A stretch of 32,000 bases of DNA from Mycobacterium sp. TY814 (lineage in GTDB: Bacteria; Actinomycetota; Actinomycetes; Mycobacteriales; Mycobacteriaceae), in assembly GCF_030755175.1 (NCBI RefSeq), contig NZ_JAUFRY010000002.1, positions 493,188 to 525,187 on the forward strand. The letters are read 5' to 3'. Under the pieces are notes generated by a model. The model searched no databases. It saw nothing but the letters and a program-made list of their open reading frames with translations, and was not told where the DNA came from. Position numbers and translations under genes: made by a program. Below are positions 9,320 through 20,100 of the stretch, piece after piece. Numbering within the stretch: position 1 is the stretch's first letter; every line of letters starts with the position of its first letter.

Positions 9320-10855
9320 TCAGACCTGCTGGACGAAGACCGTCCTGCCTATTCCGTCAGCGGTGTTCTGGAAATAGACGGGCAACAGTGAGAAGGGGTA
9401 GGACCCCGTGTTGAACACGTAATAGCCGGAACCATAGGTTGGGCCGGTCGCTGAGGTGACAACAAATGGGGTGTTATCGGCTGTGACCGTCTGCGTGTAG
9501 AGGGGCACACCGTTGATGGTGGAGACGGTGATTACCGTTCCCGCCGGCAGGTGGTTACCGATGTTGAGGCCCGGCACCAGCGACTGCGGGACGGCTCCGA
9601 GTGCACCCCCGGTATCGATGAATGCGCCGACGGTCTGCGGTAGTTCATGGTTGATCTGAACTTGCACAACGGTTCTCGGGGATCCGCCCAACCCGACATA
9701 GGGGGGCAGCGGATTGGGTCCGAACTGCATCGTGCCGCGTGGCAGGTTGACCAGCACTCCGTCGTCCAGGTGATCAGGTAGCGCTTCGATCACCGAAGTG
9801 GGGAACGGAAAGTCGTTGTTCTGGCCCACGCCGAGGTAGGCGGGCAGGGTCGACAGATCCACCGCTGTTCCGCCCAGCGAAGCCGAGGTGGCGACGCCGA
9901 CGGTGGTCGGTTCCGTGACGATTCCGTTTCCGAAGTTCAGGGTGGTTTGATACGTCTGGTAATTGACTAGCAGCGTGCCGCCGTAACTGACGCTGCCCGT
10001 GCCGGTGGGGGCGCCGAGAGTGGCCAGATCGACGTAGCTCGGCGGCACTACCAGCCCGGATGCGCCGGAGTCGACGATGACGGGCGACGTCGGTCCGCCA
10101 CCCACCGTGATATTCAGCATCGGGCTGCCGTACTGACCGGGATAGATCAGCGTTTGATTCGGACCCAGTGCGGTGCTGATCCCTGCGGTGCCGGGCTCGC
10201 CCAGCAGGCCGCCCCGACCGCCCATGCCGCCCACGCCGCCGGGCCCGCTGGCCCCGCCCGTGCCGCCGATACCGATCAGACCCGCCGACCCGCCCGCGCC
10301 GCCGGGCATGCCGCCGTAGAGATTGCGGCCGCCGGTGCCTCCGTTGCCCACCAACAAACCGCCCGCGCCGCCGGCGCCTCCGGCCACTCCGTAGCGGACG
10401 CTGACGCCGCCGGTGCCCCCGTTACCGAACAGCCAGCCGCCGGCTCCGCCCGGCGTTCCCACGCCTTGAGCCGTGGTGTAGCCGTCGACGCCGTCACCGA
10501 AGAGTGGGCGCCCGGTTGCCTCCAGCACCGGGTCGTTGATGAGGTGCGACACATTGGAGGCCAGGTATTTGGCGAGAGCGATTTCGGCGACGGCATATTC
10601 GCGCGCGGTTTCCAGAATCCTGACCCGGAATTGCTCGTAGGAAACGGAAAACTGCTCGGCCGCCTGCTGGTACTGCTGGCCGTGCTCGGCAAAGAAAGTC
10701 GCAATCGCCTCGGAGACCTCATCGGCGCTCGCAGCGGCCAGATTCCCGGTGCGAAGCGCCGCCGAAGTATTCATTGCCTGCAGGGCAGACCCGACGGTCT
10801 GCAGATTCGCCGTTGCGGATATCAACTGTTCCGGAGACACAAGCACGAAAGACAC
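9320..10855 (-). CDS. PE_PGRS protein with C-terminal pepsin-like aspartic protease domain (PecA / PE_PGRS35-type)
   Basis: 511 aa from GTG 10855 (MSFVLVSPEQL...). PE domain with YAVAE (YxxxE) at residues 87-91, GRPLFGDG linker, ~100-aa GGAGG/GNGGTGG tract. The ~280-aa C-terminal domain carries D-S-G (IVDSGASG, 10064-10072) and D-T-G (FIDTGGALG, 9608-9616). Confidence 0.85.
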   Translation of the reverse strand: MSFVLVSPEQLISATANLQTVGSALQAMNTSAALRTGNLAAASADEVSEAIATFFAEHGQQYQQAAEQFSVSYEQFRVRILETAREYAVAEIALAKYLASNVSHLINDPVLEATGRPLFGDGVDGYTTAQGVGTPGGAGGWLFGNGGTGGVSVRYGVAGGAGGAGGLLVGNGGTGGRNLYGGMPGGAGGSAGLIGIGGTGGASGPGGVGGMGGRGGLLGEPGTAGISTALGPNQTLIYPGQYGSPMLNITVGGGPTSPVIVDSGASGLVVPPSYVDLATLGAPTGTGSVSYGGTLLVNYQTYQTTLNFGNGIVTEPTTVGVATSASLGGTAVDLSTLPAYLGVGQNNDFPFPTSVIEALPDHLDDGVLVNLPRGTMQFGPNPLPPYVGLGGSPRTVVQVQINHELPQTVGAFIDTGGALGAVPQSLVPGLNIGNHLPAGTVITVSTINGVPLYTQTVTADNTPFVVTSATGPTYGSGYYVFNTGSYPFSLLPVYFQNTADGIGRTVFVQQV

Positions 10856-10877
10856 GGCAGCCCCCAATCGCTACGCG

Positions 10878-10931
10878 CTGTCGCCGGCGACAGTGCTCGA
10901 ACTGTAACTCCGGAGTGGACGCTCCGGAGTT
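10878..10931 (-). terminator. Two perfect palindromes in the spacer between the PE_PGRS genes
   Basis: AACTCCGGAG-TGGACG-CTCCGGAGTT (10906-10931) has a 10-bp stem and 6-nt loop. CTGTCGCCGGCGACAG (10878-10893) is a 16-bp perfect palindrome. Both lie downstream of the giant PE_PGRS stop (10953) and upstream of the next start (10855). No U-tract. Confidence 0.35.
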
Positions 10932-10952
10932 GGCCTGGTGTACGTAGCCGGA

Positions 10953-13900
10953 TCAGACACCGCCGGGGCCGCCAGTCCCGCCCTTGCCGCCGGTGCCGCC
11001 GGTGCTGCCGACTGCGGGACCGCCCGTGACGCCGTCGCCACCACCGGTGCCTTTGCCGCCTGTACTGCCGGTGCCGCCCGTGCCGCCGGAGCCGCCGGTG
11101 CCGCCGTTGGCGCCGGCGCCGTTCGTGCCCCCGGCCCCGCTGGTGCCGCCGTCGCCGCCCTTGCCGGCGGTGCCGCCGTCACCGCCCTTCGCGCCGGTGA
11201 AGCCCGAGCTGGGCAGGCCCGCGCCGCCGGTGCCGCCGGTGCCGCCGTTCCCGGCGGCCCCGCCGTTGCCGGCCGTGCCACCGACAAAGGTCGAGCCATT
11301 GAAGCTGCCGGCGTCACCACCCCTACCGCCGTTGCCGCCGCCTCCGCCGACACCGCCCAAGGTTGGGGCATTCGTGCCTTTGCTCGAACTGCCGGTGCCG
11401 CCACTGCCGCCGGTGCCACCGCTGCCGCCGGTACCGCCGATGTTGGTCGTGACGGCGCCTGTGCTCGCGCCACCGGCCCCGCCGTCGCCGCCGCGCCCGC
11501 CGACACCGCCCTTGGCGGGGATCGACGTGGTGTTGCTGCCGCCGTTACCGCCCTGGCCGCCGCCGCCACCGTTGCCGCCCGCCGCGGTGAGGTCGCCGAT
11601 GCCACCTTCGCCACCGCTGCCGCCGTTGCCGCCGGCTCCGCCCGGCGCAGCGGGACTGCCGTTGCCGCCCTTGCCACCGGAGCCGCCGTTGCCGCCGGTA
11701 CCGCCGACGGCGCTGAGAGCGCCACCCTTGCCGGCGATCCCTGCGGCGCCGCCGTTGCCGCCGTCGCCGCCCCGGCCGACGTCGTCGCCGAGAGGCCCGC
11801 CGTTGCCGCCGGTGCCGCCGTTGCCCCCGTGGCCGCCGCTGCCGCTGGCGCCGTTGGTTCCACCCGGGCCGGAGTTGCCGCCGTTGCCGCCCTTGCCGCC
11901 GGCCCCGCCGCTGCCGCCCGCGTCAGCAGCGAAAGACGCGCCCGCGTTGATGCCCTGAGCGCCGTTGCCGCCGTTGCCGCCCTTGCCGCCGCCGCCGCCG
12001 TTCCCGGATGCGGCGCCGTTGCTGTTGGCGCCGGCACTGCCGCCGTTGCCGCCTACTCCGCCGGCACCGCCGGCCGGGGCGCTTACGCCGCCCGCGCCGT
12101 TGTCGGCGCCGGCGTTCCCGCCATTGCCGGCGTTGCCGCCGGTGCCACCGCTGCCGCTGACACCTCCGGTGCCGGTGGAGGTTCCGCCGTCGCCGCCCTT
12201 GCCGCCGGTACCGCCGGTGTCGCCCGCTTTGCCAGTCGCACCGGTGAGGCCGTTGCCGCCGGCGCCGCCGGCGCCGCCGTCGCCGCCTCGGCCACCACTG
12301 CCCTGCGTGCTGCCCGTGCCGGTGGCGCCGGCGTTGCCACCCGCACCGCCGGCACCGCCGGCGTTACCGGCACCGGAGCCCGTGACACCGTTGCCGCCGG
12401 TGCCGCCGTTGCCGCCCGCGCCGCCGCTGCCGGCTTTGCCGCCGATGCTCCCGGCACCGATGGCGTTACCGCCGTTGCCGCCCGCGCCGCCGTTGCCGCC
12501 CGCGTCTCCCACGGTGCCGGCCACGCCGCTGTTGCCGTGGCTGCCCTTGCCGCCAGTGCCGCCGTTGCCGCCGGCTGCGCCGCTGCCCGCGGCGGCACCG
12601 CCGGTACCCGCTTTGCCGGCGTCACCGCCATTGCCACCGGCGCCACCCGAAGGTGCCGTCACGCCGCCCTTCCCGGCGTCGGCGCCGCCGTTGCCGCCGT
12701 TGCCGCCGTCGCCACCGCTGCCTGCGCTGCCACCGGTTGTGCCGCCGTTGCCGCCGTTGCCACCGTTGCCGGCCCTGCCGCCGGCGCCGCCGACGGCTCC
12801 GCTGCCCTCGCTGACTCCGCTGACACCTCCGGTGCCGCCGTTACCGCCGCCGCCGCCCTTGCCGCCGGTGGTGCCGCCGACGCCGCCGTTACCGCCGTTG
12901 CCGCCGAGTCCGCCGACGCCGCCGTTGCCGCCGGCCAGGCCCGAATTGAGAGCCGCATCGCTGCCCGTGCCACCGGTACCGCCCGTGCCGCCCTTGCCGC
13001 CGGCGCCGCCGACGCTGCCCGTGCCTGCGGCGGTGCCGCCGACCCCGCCGGCACCGCCGTTACCGCCGCCTCTGCCGCTGTTGTCAGTGCCGGCGCCGCC
13101 GTTGCCGCCGTCTCCGCCGGCACCACCGACACCGCCCTTGCCCGCGCCGGTACCGCCTGAGCCCGCTGCGCCGGCGTTGCCGCCCTTGCCGCCGGCGCCG
13201 CCGGACGGTGCGCCGGAGCCGCCGGAGCCGAGGTCGGAGCCTGCATCACCGCCGCGGCCGCCCGCGCCGCCGTTGCCGGCATTGCCGGCCTTGCCGCCGG
13301 TACCGGAGGCGTTGCCGCCGTTGCCGCCGAGGCCGCCGGCGCCGCCCGCGCCGCCGTGGTCGCCGGCGGCGCCTACGCCGCCGGTGCCACCGGTGCCGCC
13401 GGTACCACCCGTGCCGCCGATACCACCGGCGGCACCACCGCTCGCCGCGCCCGGACGGCCACCCGCGCCGCCCCGGCCGCCCGCGCCGCCGGCGGGGGCT
13501 GTCGTGCCGCCGGTCCCGGTGTCGGTGCCTCCGGCTCCGCCGTCGCCGCCGCTGCCGCCCGATCCGCCGTTGCCCGCTTTTCCGCCGGCGCCCGAGGCGT
13601 TGCCGCCGATGCCGCCGGCCCCACCCAGACCGCCGGCATCGCCTGTCTTGCCGGCGATGTCGGTTCCGCCTCTGCCGGTAGCACCGCTGCCGCCGTCACC
13701 GCCGTTACCGCCGATGCCGCCGCTGCCTTTCGTGGTCCCGGTACCTGCCGTGCCGGCGTTGCCGCCGTTTCCGCCGGCACCGCCCGCCGGCGCGGTGGCC
13801 CCGCCGCCGCCGATGTCGGCACCGCCCTTTCCGCCGTGGCCGCCGTTGCCCCCATCGCCGGCCTTGCCGCCGATGCTGCCGGTGCCGGTCGCGTTGCCGC

Positions 13901-16900
13901 CGTTGCCTCCAGTGCCGCCGTTGCCGCCGGCGGTTCCGGCTGCGCCGGCCGCACCCTCGCTGCCTTTACCGCCGTTGCCGCCGGTACCGCCGTTGCCGCC
14001 GGTGCCGCCACTGCCGGCGACGGCTCCGTTACCGCCGGTGCCGGCGTTGCCGCCGGTGCCGCCGTTGCCCCCGGTGCCGCCACTGCTGCCTGCAGCGGAG
14101 TAACCGGTGCCCCCGTTGCCGCCGGCGCCGCCGTTGCCGGCCTTTCCGCCGATGCTGCCCTTACCCGCGGCGTTGCCGCCATTTCCGCCGGCGCCGCCGG
14201 CGCCGCCGTGATCACCGGTCGTCCCGACGCCACCAGCGTTGCCGTTCGCGCCTTTGCCGCCGGCCCCGCCGGCGCCGCCGACGCCGCCGCTGCCAACGGT
14301 GTCGCCGTTGCCGCCGTTGCCGGCGTCGCCGCCGTTGCCTCCTTTGCCGCCGGCCGGGGCGGTGGCTCCGCCCGTGCCGGTGTCGGCCCCGCCATCACCA
14401 CCGGTCCCGCCGGCCCCGCCGTTGCCGGCTTTGCCGCCGATGCCGCCGGTGCCGGTGGCGTTGCCGCCGTTGCCGCCGGCCCCGCCACGGGCACCGTCGG
14501 TCCCGGCGCTGCCGGCCGCGCCGGCATTACCGTTTCCGCCGTTTCCGCCGTTGCCGCCGCTGCCACCGGCGCCTCCGACGCCCGCGCCCGCGTTGCCGCC
14601 GTTGCCGCCCGCACCACCGTTGGTGCCGGGTGCCCCCGCAGCGGTGAGACCGTTGCCGCCATTGCCGCCGGCACCACCATCTCCGGCTTTGCCGCCGGTA
14701 CCGGTGGCGCCGCCGCTCCCGCCGTTACCGCCGGTCCCGCCGTCGCCGCCGGCGTCGCCCGCAGCGCCGATGACAGTGCTCGCGTTGCCGTCGGCGCCTC
14801 GGCCGCCGGCTCCGCCGTCGCCGCCGTTGCCCCCATGCCCTGCGGCTTTGCCACCGGTGCCGGCCTGGCCGGCGTCACCCCCGTGGCCGCCATTGCCGCC
14901 GGACGGCGCCGTCGCGCCACCCGTGCCAGTGTCGTTACCCGCGTTGCCGCCGTTACCACCCGCGCCGCCGTTGCCGGCGTTGCCGCCGGTGCCATTGACG
15001 CCGGCGGCACCACCGTTACCGCCGGCGCCGCCGCTGCCGCCTTTGGTTCCGTTGGCGCCGAGCGCGCCGTTTCCGCCAACGCCGCCGTTTCCACCGTTTC
15101 CGCCGCTACCCCCGGTGCCGCCGCCACCCTGAACGGCGCCACTACCCGCGACACCGGCGTTTCCGCCGTTCCCGCCGGCGCCGCCTTTGCTCCCGGGTAG
15201 GCCAGAGGTGGCTTTGCCGCCACCGGCACCGCCCTTGCCGCCGTCTCCGCCGTTGCCGGCATTGCCGCCGGTCCCGGTAACGCCGCCGCTGCCGCCATTG
15301 CCGCCGGCCCCGCCGGCGCCACCGTTGTCACCGGCTCCGGAGACTCCGCCCGCGGCACCGTCTCCGCCTCCGCCACCGGCACCGCCGTTACCCCCGACAC
15401 CGCCGCGACCCGCGGTTAAACCGGTGCCCGCCTTGCCGGCGTCGCCACCGTTACCGCCGGCCCCTCCGGACGGAGCGGTCAACCCCCCGCCGCCGCTGGT
15501 ACTTGAGTAGCCTTTTCCACCGGAACCTCCGGCGCCGCCATTGCCGGCGTTGCCGCCGGTGCCCATCGCGCCGCCATCGCCGCCGTTGCCGCCGATACCC
15601 CCGTTGCCACCGGCGAACCCGGCCTTGCCGGACCCGCCGTTGACGCCGCTGCTCCCGTCCCCGCCGTTGCCGCCGTGACCCCCGGTACCGCCGTGGCCCG
15701 TTGCGGCGCCGGTACCTGCGGCCCCCGCCGCGCCACCGTTTCCGCCGGCGCCGCCGGCGCTGCCGGCTCCGTTGCTGGCGCCGGCCTTTCCGCCGTCACC
15801 GCCGGCACCGCCGTTTCCGGCGTTGCCGCCGATGCCGGTGGTACCCGCGCCACCGGCTCCGCCTGCGCCGCCGTCGCCGCCCTGACCACCGCCGCCGCCT
15901 TGCAGACCGGAGCCGGTAGCGGCGATGCCACCGTTGCCGCCGTGACCGCCGGCGCCCCCGACCCCACCGCTGCCCGCGGTGCCGCCCGCTCCGGAGCTGC
16001 CGCCCGCCCCGCCGGCGCCGCCGCGGCCGCCCGCGAACCCGGTCGCGCCCACAGCGCCGCCGGCGCCGTCGGCTCCGGCACCGCCGGCCCCGCCATTGCC
16101 GCCGCGACCGAAGCCACCGCCTCCGACACCGGTGCCGCCGGCTCCGGCATCGCCGCCGTGCCCGCCCGCCCCGCCGTCGCCACCGGCCCCGGGGGTGCTG
16201 ATGCCCGCTCCACCCGCACCACCGACACCGCCGTCACCGCCGACCCCCGCGACGCCCAATTTTCCTGCGATGCTTCCCGGTCCGCCGGCGCCGCCGACGC
16301 CGCCGGCTCCACCTGCTCCGCCCGCAGCACCCGGAAGGCCGGCACCACCCGCCCCGCCGACACCGCCCGCACCGCCGGCGCCCCCGCTGGCCAGACCCAA
16401 CATCTGGCTGGCACCGCCGGCCCCGCCGCTTCCGCCGGCGCCGCCGGCTTGCCCCGCGGCGCCGGGCGCACCCGCCCCACCCGCGCCGCCGGTGCCGGCG
16501 AAACCGGTCGTCGTTCCACCATTGCCGCCGCGCCCACCGTCGCCCCCGCGCCCACCCGGGGTGACGGCATCGCCACCGGCACCGCCGGCGCCCCCATTGC
16601 CGTTGGCGCCGGCATTGCCGCCGGCGCCGCCCTGCTGGCCCGGCGCGCCGGAACCACCCCTGCCGCCGTTGCCGGACACCCAGCCACCGTCGCCGCCGTT
16701 CTCACCAGTGCCCGCCCTGCCGTCCGCGCCGTCGCCGATGATCGGCCGGTCCGTCAGCAGTTCGCTGGGGGCATTGACGAGGCCCATCAGGCCCGTCGCC
16801 AGCGGGCTGTCCAACAGCGGTTGCAGCAGCCCGGCGTTGCCGAACTCGATGCGCTCATACGCCGCCGCGCCCCGCTGGAATGCCTGGACAAACTGGTCAT

Positions 16901-17117
16901 TCGCCGCTGCGGCCTGCGCGCTGGCCGCCTGGTATTCCTGGCCGAAGGTGCCGAACAGTCGCGCGATCGCCGCCGAGACCTCGTCGGCGGCCGCGGCCGC
17001 GATGCCCGTCGTCGGCGACGCCGCGGCCGCGCTGGCGGCCCGGATCGACTCGCCGATGTCGAACAGGTTCGTCGACGCCGCGGCCAGGGCCGCCGGTGTT
17101 GCAATGACGTAAGACAT
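10953..17117 (-). CDS. PE_PGRS family protein, 2054 aa
   Basis: ATG 17117 ([14 protein letters not shown]...) is preceded by GAGGTG. PE domain with [12 protein letters not shown] and YERIE at residues 87-91, [11 protein letters not shown] linker, then ~1925 aa of GGAGG/GGNGG repeats running to the stop with no distinct C-terminal domain. Confidence 0.9.
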   Translation of the reverse strand: MSYVIATPAALAAASTNLFDIGESIRAASAAAASPTTGIAAAAADEVSAAIARLFGTFGQEYQAASAQAAAANDQFVQAFQRGAAAYERIEFGNAGLLQPLLDSPLATGLMGLVNAPSELLTDRPIIGDGADGRAGTGENGGDGGWVSGNGGRGGSGAPGQQGGAGGNAGANGNGGAGGAGGDAVTPGGRGGDGGRGGNGGTTTGFAGTGGAGGAGAPGAAGQAGGAGGSGGAGGASQMLGLASGGAGGAGGVGGAGGAGLPGAAGGAGGAGGVGGAGGPGSIAGKLGVAGVGGDGGVGGAGGAGISTPGAGGDGGAGGHGGDAGAGGTGVGGGGFGRGGNGGAGGAGADGAGGAVGATGFAGGRGGAGGAGGSSGAGGTAGSGGVGGAGGHGGNGGIAATGSGLQGGGGGQGGDGGAGGAGGAGTTGIGGNAGNGGAGGDGGKAGASNGAGSAGGAGGNGGAAGAAGTGAATGHGGTGGHGGNGGDGSSGVNGGSGKAGFAGGNGGIGGNGGDGGAMGTGGNAGNGGAGGSGGKGYSSTSGGGGLTAPSGGAGGNGGDAGKAGTGLTAGRGGVGGNGGAGGGGGDGAAGGVSGAGDNGGAGGAGGNGGSGGVTGTGGNAGNGGDGGKGGAGGGKATSGLPGSKGGAGGNGGNAGVAGSGAVQGGGGTGGSGGNGGNGGVGGNGALGANGTKGGSGGAGGNGGAAGVNGTGGNAGNGGAGGNGGNAGNDTGTGGATAPSGGNGGHGGDAGQAGTGGKAAGHGGNGGDGGAGGRGADGNASTVIGAAGDAGGDGGTGGNGGSGGATGTGGKAGDGGAGGNGGNGLTAAGAPGTNGGAGGNGGNAGAGVGGAGGSGGNGGNGGNGNAGAAGSAGTDGARGGAGGNGGNATGTGGIGGKAGNGGAGGTGGDGGADTGTGGATAPAGGKGGNGGDAGNGGNGDTVGSGGVGGAGGAGGKGANGNAGGVGTTGDHGGAGGAGGNGGNAAGKGSIGGKAGNGGAGGNGGTGYSAAGSSGGTGGNGGTGGNAGTGGNGAVAGSGGTGGNGGTGGNGGKGSEGAAGAAGTAGGNGGTGGNGGNATGTGSIGGKAGDGGNGGHGGKGGADIGGGGATAPAGGAGGNGGNAGTAGTGTTKGSGGIGGNGGDGGSGATGRGGTDIAGKTGDAGGLGGAGGIGGNASGAGGKAGNGGSGGSGGDGGAGGTDTGTGGTTAPAGGAGGRGGAGGRPGAASGGAAGGIGGTGGTGGTGGTGGVGAAGDHGGAGGAGGLGGNGGNASGTGGKAGNAGNGGAGGRGGDAGSDLGSGGSGAPSGGAGGKGGNAGAAGSGGTGAGKGGVGGAGGDGGNGGAGTDNSGRGGGNGGAGGVGGTAAGTGSVGGAGGKGGTGGTGGTGSDAALNSGLAGGNGGVGGLGGNGGNGGVGGTTGGKGGGGGNGGTGGVSGVSEGSGAVGGAGGRAGNGGNGGNGGTTGGSAGSGGDGGNGGNGGADAGKGGVTAPSGGAGGNGGDAGKAGTGGAAAGSGAAGGNGGTGGKGSHGNSGVAGTVGDAGGNGGAGGNGGNAIGAGSIGGKAGSGGAGGNGGTGGNGVTGSGAGNAGGAGGAGGNAGATGTGSTQGSGGRGGDGGAGGAGGNGLTGATGKAGDTGGTGGKGGDGGTSTGTGGVSGSGGTGGNAGNGGNAGADNGAGGVSAPAGGAGGVGGNGGSAGANSNGAASGNGGGGGKGGNGGNGAQGINAGASFAADAGGSGGAGGKGGNGGNSGPGGTNGASGSGGHGGNGGTGGNGGPLGDDVGRGGDGGNGGAAGIAGKGGALSAVGGTGGNGGSGGKGGNGSPAAPGGAGGNGGSGGEGGIGDLTAAGGNGGGGGQGGNGGSNTTSIPAKGGVGGRGGDGGAGGASTGAVTTNIGGTGGSGGTGGSGGTGSSSKGTNAPTLGGVGGGGGNGGRGGDAGSFNGSTFVGGTAGNGGAAGNGGTGGTGGAGLPSSGFTGAKGGDGGTAGKGGDGGTSGAGGTNGAGANGGTGGSGGTGGTGSTGGKGTGGGDGVTGGPAVGSTGGTGGKGGTGGPGGV
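10956..16736 (-). repeat. PGRS (polymorphic GC-rich sequence) coding repeat tract
   Basis: Continuous GGC/GGT/GCC-rich triplet repeats encoding Gly-Gly-Ala/Asn. The + strand reads as ...gccgccgttgccgcc... throughout. It produces long shadow ORFs in the other frames. Confidence 0.85.
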
Positions 17118-17192
17118 CGGCACCTCTGAATCAGTCTTCGGAAGCGGGCAAGTGTGCTGTGCAATCGATCGGACGAGGGATCATCGGCGCCT

Positions 17193-20100
17193 CTAGAACA
17201 GCGTGAGCGGGCCGGCAAAGCTGATCGGAATCCGGTCGATCGTGATCGACGGCAGATCGAACGCCGGCAAAGCACCGGACAGCCCCTGCCCCAACGGAAT
17301 TCGCGGAATTGTCAGACCCGGGAAGGTCAGCGACGGGATGGTCACCGACAGCGGCAGGCCGACTTCGATCGGGTCCACGGGGATGGAGAATCCGGGAATG
17401 CCGCCTGGTGGGGTCGCCACGGTGAACCACGGGATTTCCCATGCGGGCGTCGTGCTGGTGCTGGATCCGCCGAGATTGATCTGCGGGACAAGGCCTCCAC
17501 TGAAATAGATCGCACCGGTGGTGGTCGCAAGGCCGGTCTTGATCTCGTCGAAATGCAGGAACGCGTCGGCGGCCAGCTGGGGGATGCTGATGGGCTGGAC
17601 CGAGACTGGGCCCGCGGTTGCGCTCGGGTCGAGTCCCAGGTGAAGGGGCGGTGTGGAGAAGGACGGAATGGTGATCGGACCGATGCCGCCGCCGAGGTCG
17701 AAGCCCAGCGGAATCGACGGAATGTGGAACGAGGGGAGTACGGCGGGGCCGATGCCTCCGTTGGCGGTGACGTAGAGCAGTTTGTAGGGCGGCAGCAGGT
17801 TGTCCGGGGTGGCCAGTTTGACGATGGCGTCCAGGCTGGCCTGGATGGCGGGGATGGTTCGGGCGGGAATGGTGAAGCCCTTCGGCCCGGCGGAGAGATT
17901 GAGGTCAACCAGGTTGTTGGCCGGGAAGGTCAGTCCGTTCGGGAAGAGCGTGGCGCCGTCGACACCGCCCGGCAACCGGAAGCCAAACGGAATCTTGTCG
18001 ATCATGACGGCCGGCGTGTTGAACGCGTGCGTGCCGCCGCTGAAGATTATCGAATACGGATCCTGGGTCGCGCTGCCGAGGACGAGGGGGTTGACAAAGA
18101 GCAGGTCGGTCAGCGGACCCGAACCGATCGAGATATAGGCCCCCGTAGGCGCGGGGACCGGGTCCCAGGGCGCATTGCCGCTGGTCCATATGACGAATGG
18201 CGATATCTTCGTCGCCGCGGTCTTGAACGCGTCGAAATGGATGGTCGCCAACGGGTCGTTGAAGATCGCGGGAATCGTTTGGGACGGGATGCCGATCGGA
18301 CCCAGGCCGATGTCGCCGGTGATGTCGATGGGGATGTTCGGAAGCTCGATCGGCGGGATGGTGAAAGCCCCATGGCTCAGGCCGAAATTGAGGCCCAGAG
18401 GAATGGTGGGAATGGGGAGGTCCGGGATCTTTACCGGGCCCAGGCCGCCGGAGAACTGGAAATCGACCAGGTTGAGTGACGGGGGAATGCCGTCGATGGG
18501 GTTGAGCAGGGTGGCGTCGAGGTGCACGTGCAGCGGAATGGGGTCGATCGTGTAGCCGTCCGGGAAGATCGTGAACGGCTGCAGGCCGCCGGTCAGCGTG
18601 TAGGTGACCGGAATCGGGTTCTGCGGGATGGACAGTCCACCGGGGAACAGGGTGAAGGCGGGGATGCCGCCGTGGGTGTCGATGGTCAGGGGAATCGGGG
18701 AGGTCGCAATTCGCGGGATGTTGATGTCCGGAAGGTTCAGCGTGATGCTGCCGGTCCGGGCATCGGTGGCCCCGTTCTGGACGAGGATGCCGGCGGTCGG
18801 TCCCAGAGTGTTCAGCTGCTGGCTGATCGCGAACTGCCCGAACGACCACGGGGGCAGGTTGTCGGGCTTGTATTGGGCGTTGAAGCCGATCGCCGGAAGC
18901 TGCAGCGTCGACGCGGTGCTGGCGGGGATGTTGAGCGGAATCACGATCTGCTGCGCCGGCATGTTGAGGCCCTCGAAGAGGGTGATGGCGGGCAGCGCCA
19001 CGCCTTGGTGGATTTCCACCGGTATTGCGGGCACGTCGATCTGCGGCACGGTGAAGGGATTGATGTAAATGGTCTCGTTGATGTTGATCGGCACCCCTGG
19101 AACGTGAATGGGGTCGATGTGGACGGGACCGAGGTTCTGGTTGATGTCCAGAAGGGTGATCCCCAGACTGGGGTCGGCCACATTCTGGTAGTCGCCCGTG
19201 AAGAGTGCGCCGATGCTGTGGTCGCCGGAGATCAATATCCCGTCATTGAAGTCACCCGAATTGGCCAATCCGACATTGCCGTCGCCGCTGTTGAACAGGC
19301 CGGAGTTGACATTGCCGGGGTTGAACGCGCCGAGGTTGGCGTTACCCGCGTTGAAGAAGCCCAGATTGCGCTCGCCGGCATTGCCCAGTCCGCTGCTGAA
19401 GTTGCCGGCGTTGAAGAGGCCGGTGCTGCCCAGACCGGAGTTGCCGATACCGACGTTGTTGCTGCCCGAGTTGAAGAAGCCGACGTTGTTGGTGCCGGAG
19501 TTGAACAGGCCGATGTTGCCGGTTCCGGAGTTCCAGCCGCCGAAACCGTTCTGGTTGTCGCCGACCAGCCCGATGCCGACGTTGCCGGTGCCGGTATTGC
19601 CGAACCCGATGTTGCCCGACCCGGCGTTGCCGAATCCGAAGTTGCCCGACCCGGCGTTGCCGAGGCCGACATTCTTGCCCACCAGGGCGCCTAAAGCACC
19701 GTTGCCCCAACCGATGTTGGCATCGCCGATATTTCCGCCACCCAGGTTGTAGCTGCCGATGTTGCCGTTGCCGAGGTTGAGACTGCCCAGGTTGCCGCTG
19801 CCGAAGTTGTATACACCGGCGTTGCCCAGTCCCGCGTTCATCAACTGCTGCTGGAGCCAGGTCGTACCGGAGGTCAGCACGTCGCCCAGTTGCGGCCCGA
19901 TGCTCCCCGGCAGGGCGAGGTTCGATCCGATCGGGATGGCGGGAATAAGTGTTTCCGGAATGGTGAACTGCGGTATTTCCGTCGCGAAGTCGAGCGGAAT
20001 CGACTGTGTATAGCCGATGCCCGGGATGGTGGCGGCGGAGACGATGTCCAACGGAATATCGATTGGAATCGACCCGCCCAGCGAAAGCGGCGGAATGGCG

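Noticed and set aside
9301-9325. tgac...gtca inverted repeat between the convergent degV and PE_PGRS-protease stops, considered as a terminator.
   Set aside because: It has only a 4-bp stem with an 8-nt loop, which is too weak to call.
9310-9330. Search for mobile-element signatures (integrase, transposase, tRNA, direct repeats) at the core/accessory junction.
   Set aside because: None is visible by eye at the left boundary. The right boundary is outside the window, so no mobile-element call is made.
10956-16736. Possibility that the highly repetitive 5.8-kb tract is a CRISPR array or non-coding satellite.
   Set aside because: There is no alternation of constant repeats with unique spacers. 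The tract keeps a single uninterrupted reading frame continuous with a PE domain.
10938-17129. Very long ORFs on the + strand and in other - strand frames inside the PE_PGRS gene. Examples are 10938-13160 (740 aa, Ala-rich), 11965-14103 (712 aa, Pro-rich PPLPP), 13356-15200, 13373-15400, 15479-16705, 15675-17129, and the Arg-rich 13208-13681.
   Set aside because: They are compositional mirrors of the GGC/GCC triplet repeat, so any frame on either strand lacks stops. Only one frame starts with a recognisable PE domain behind a Shine-Dalgarno. The others are low-complexity Ala/Pro/Arg strings with no start context.
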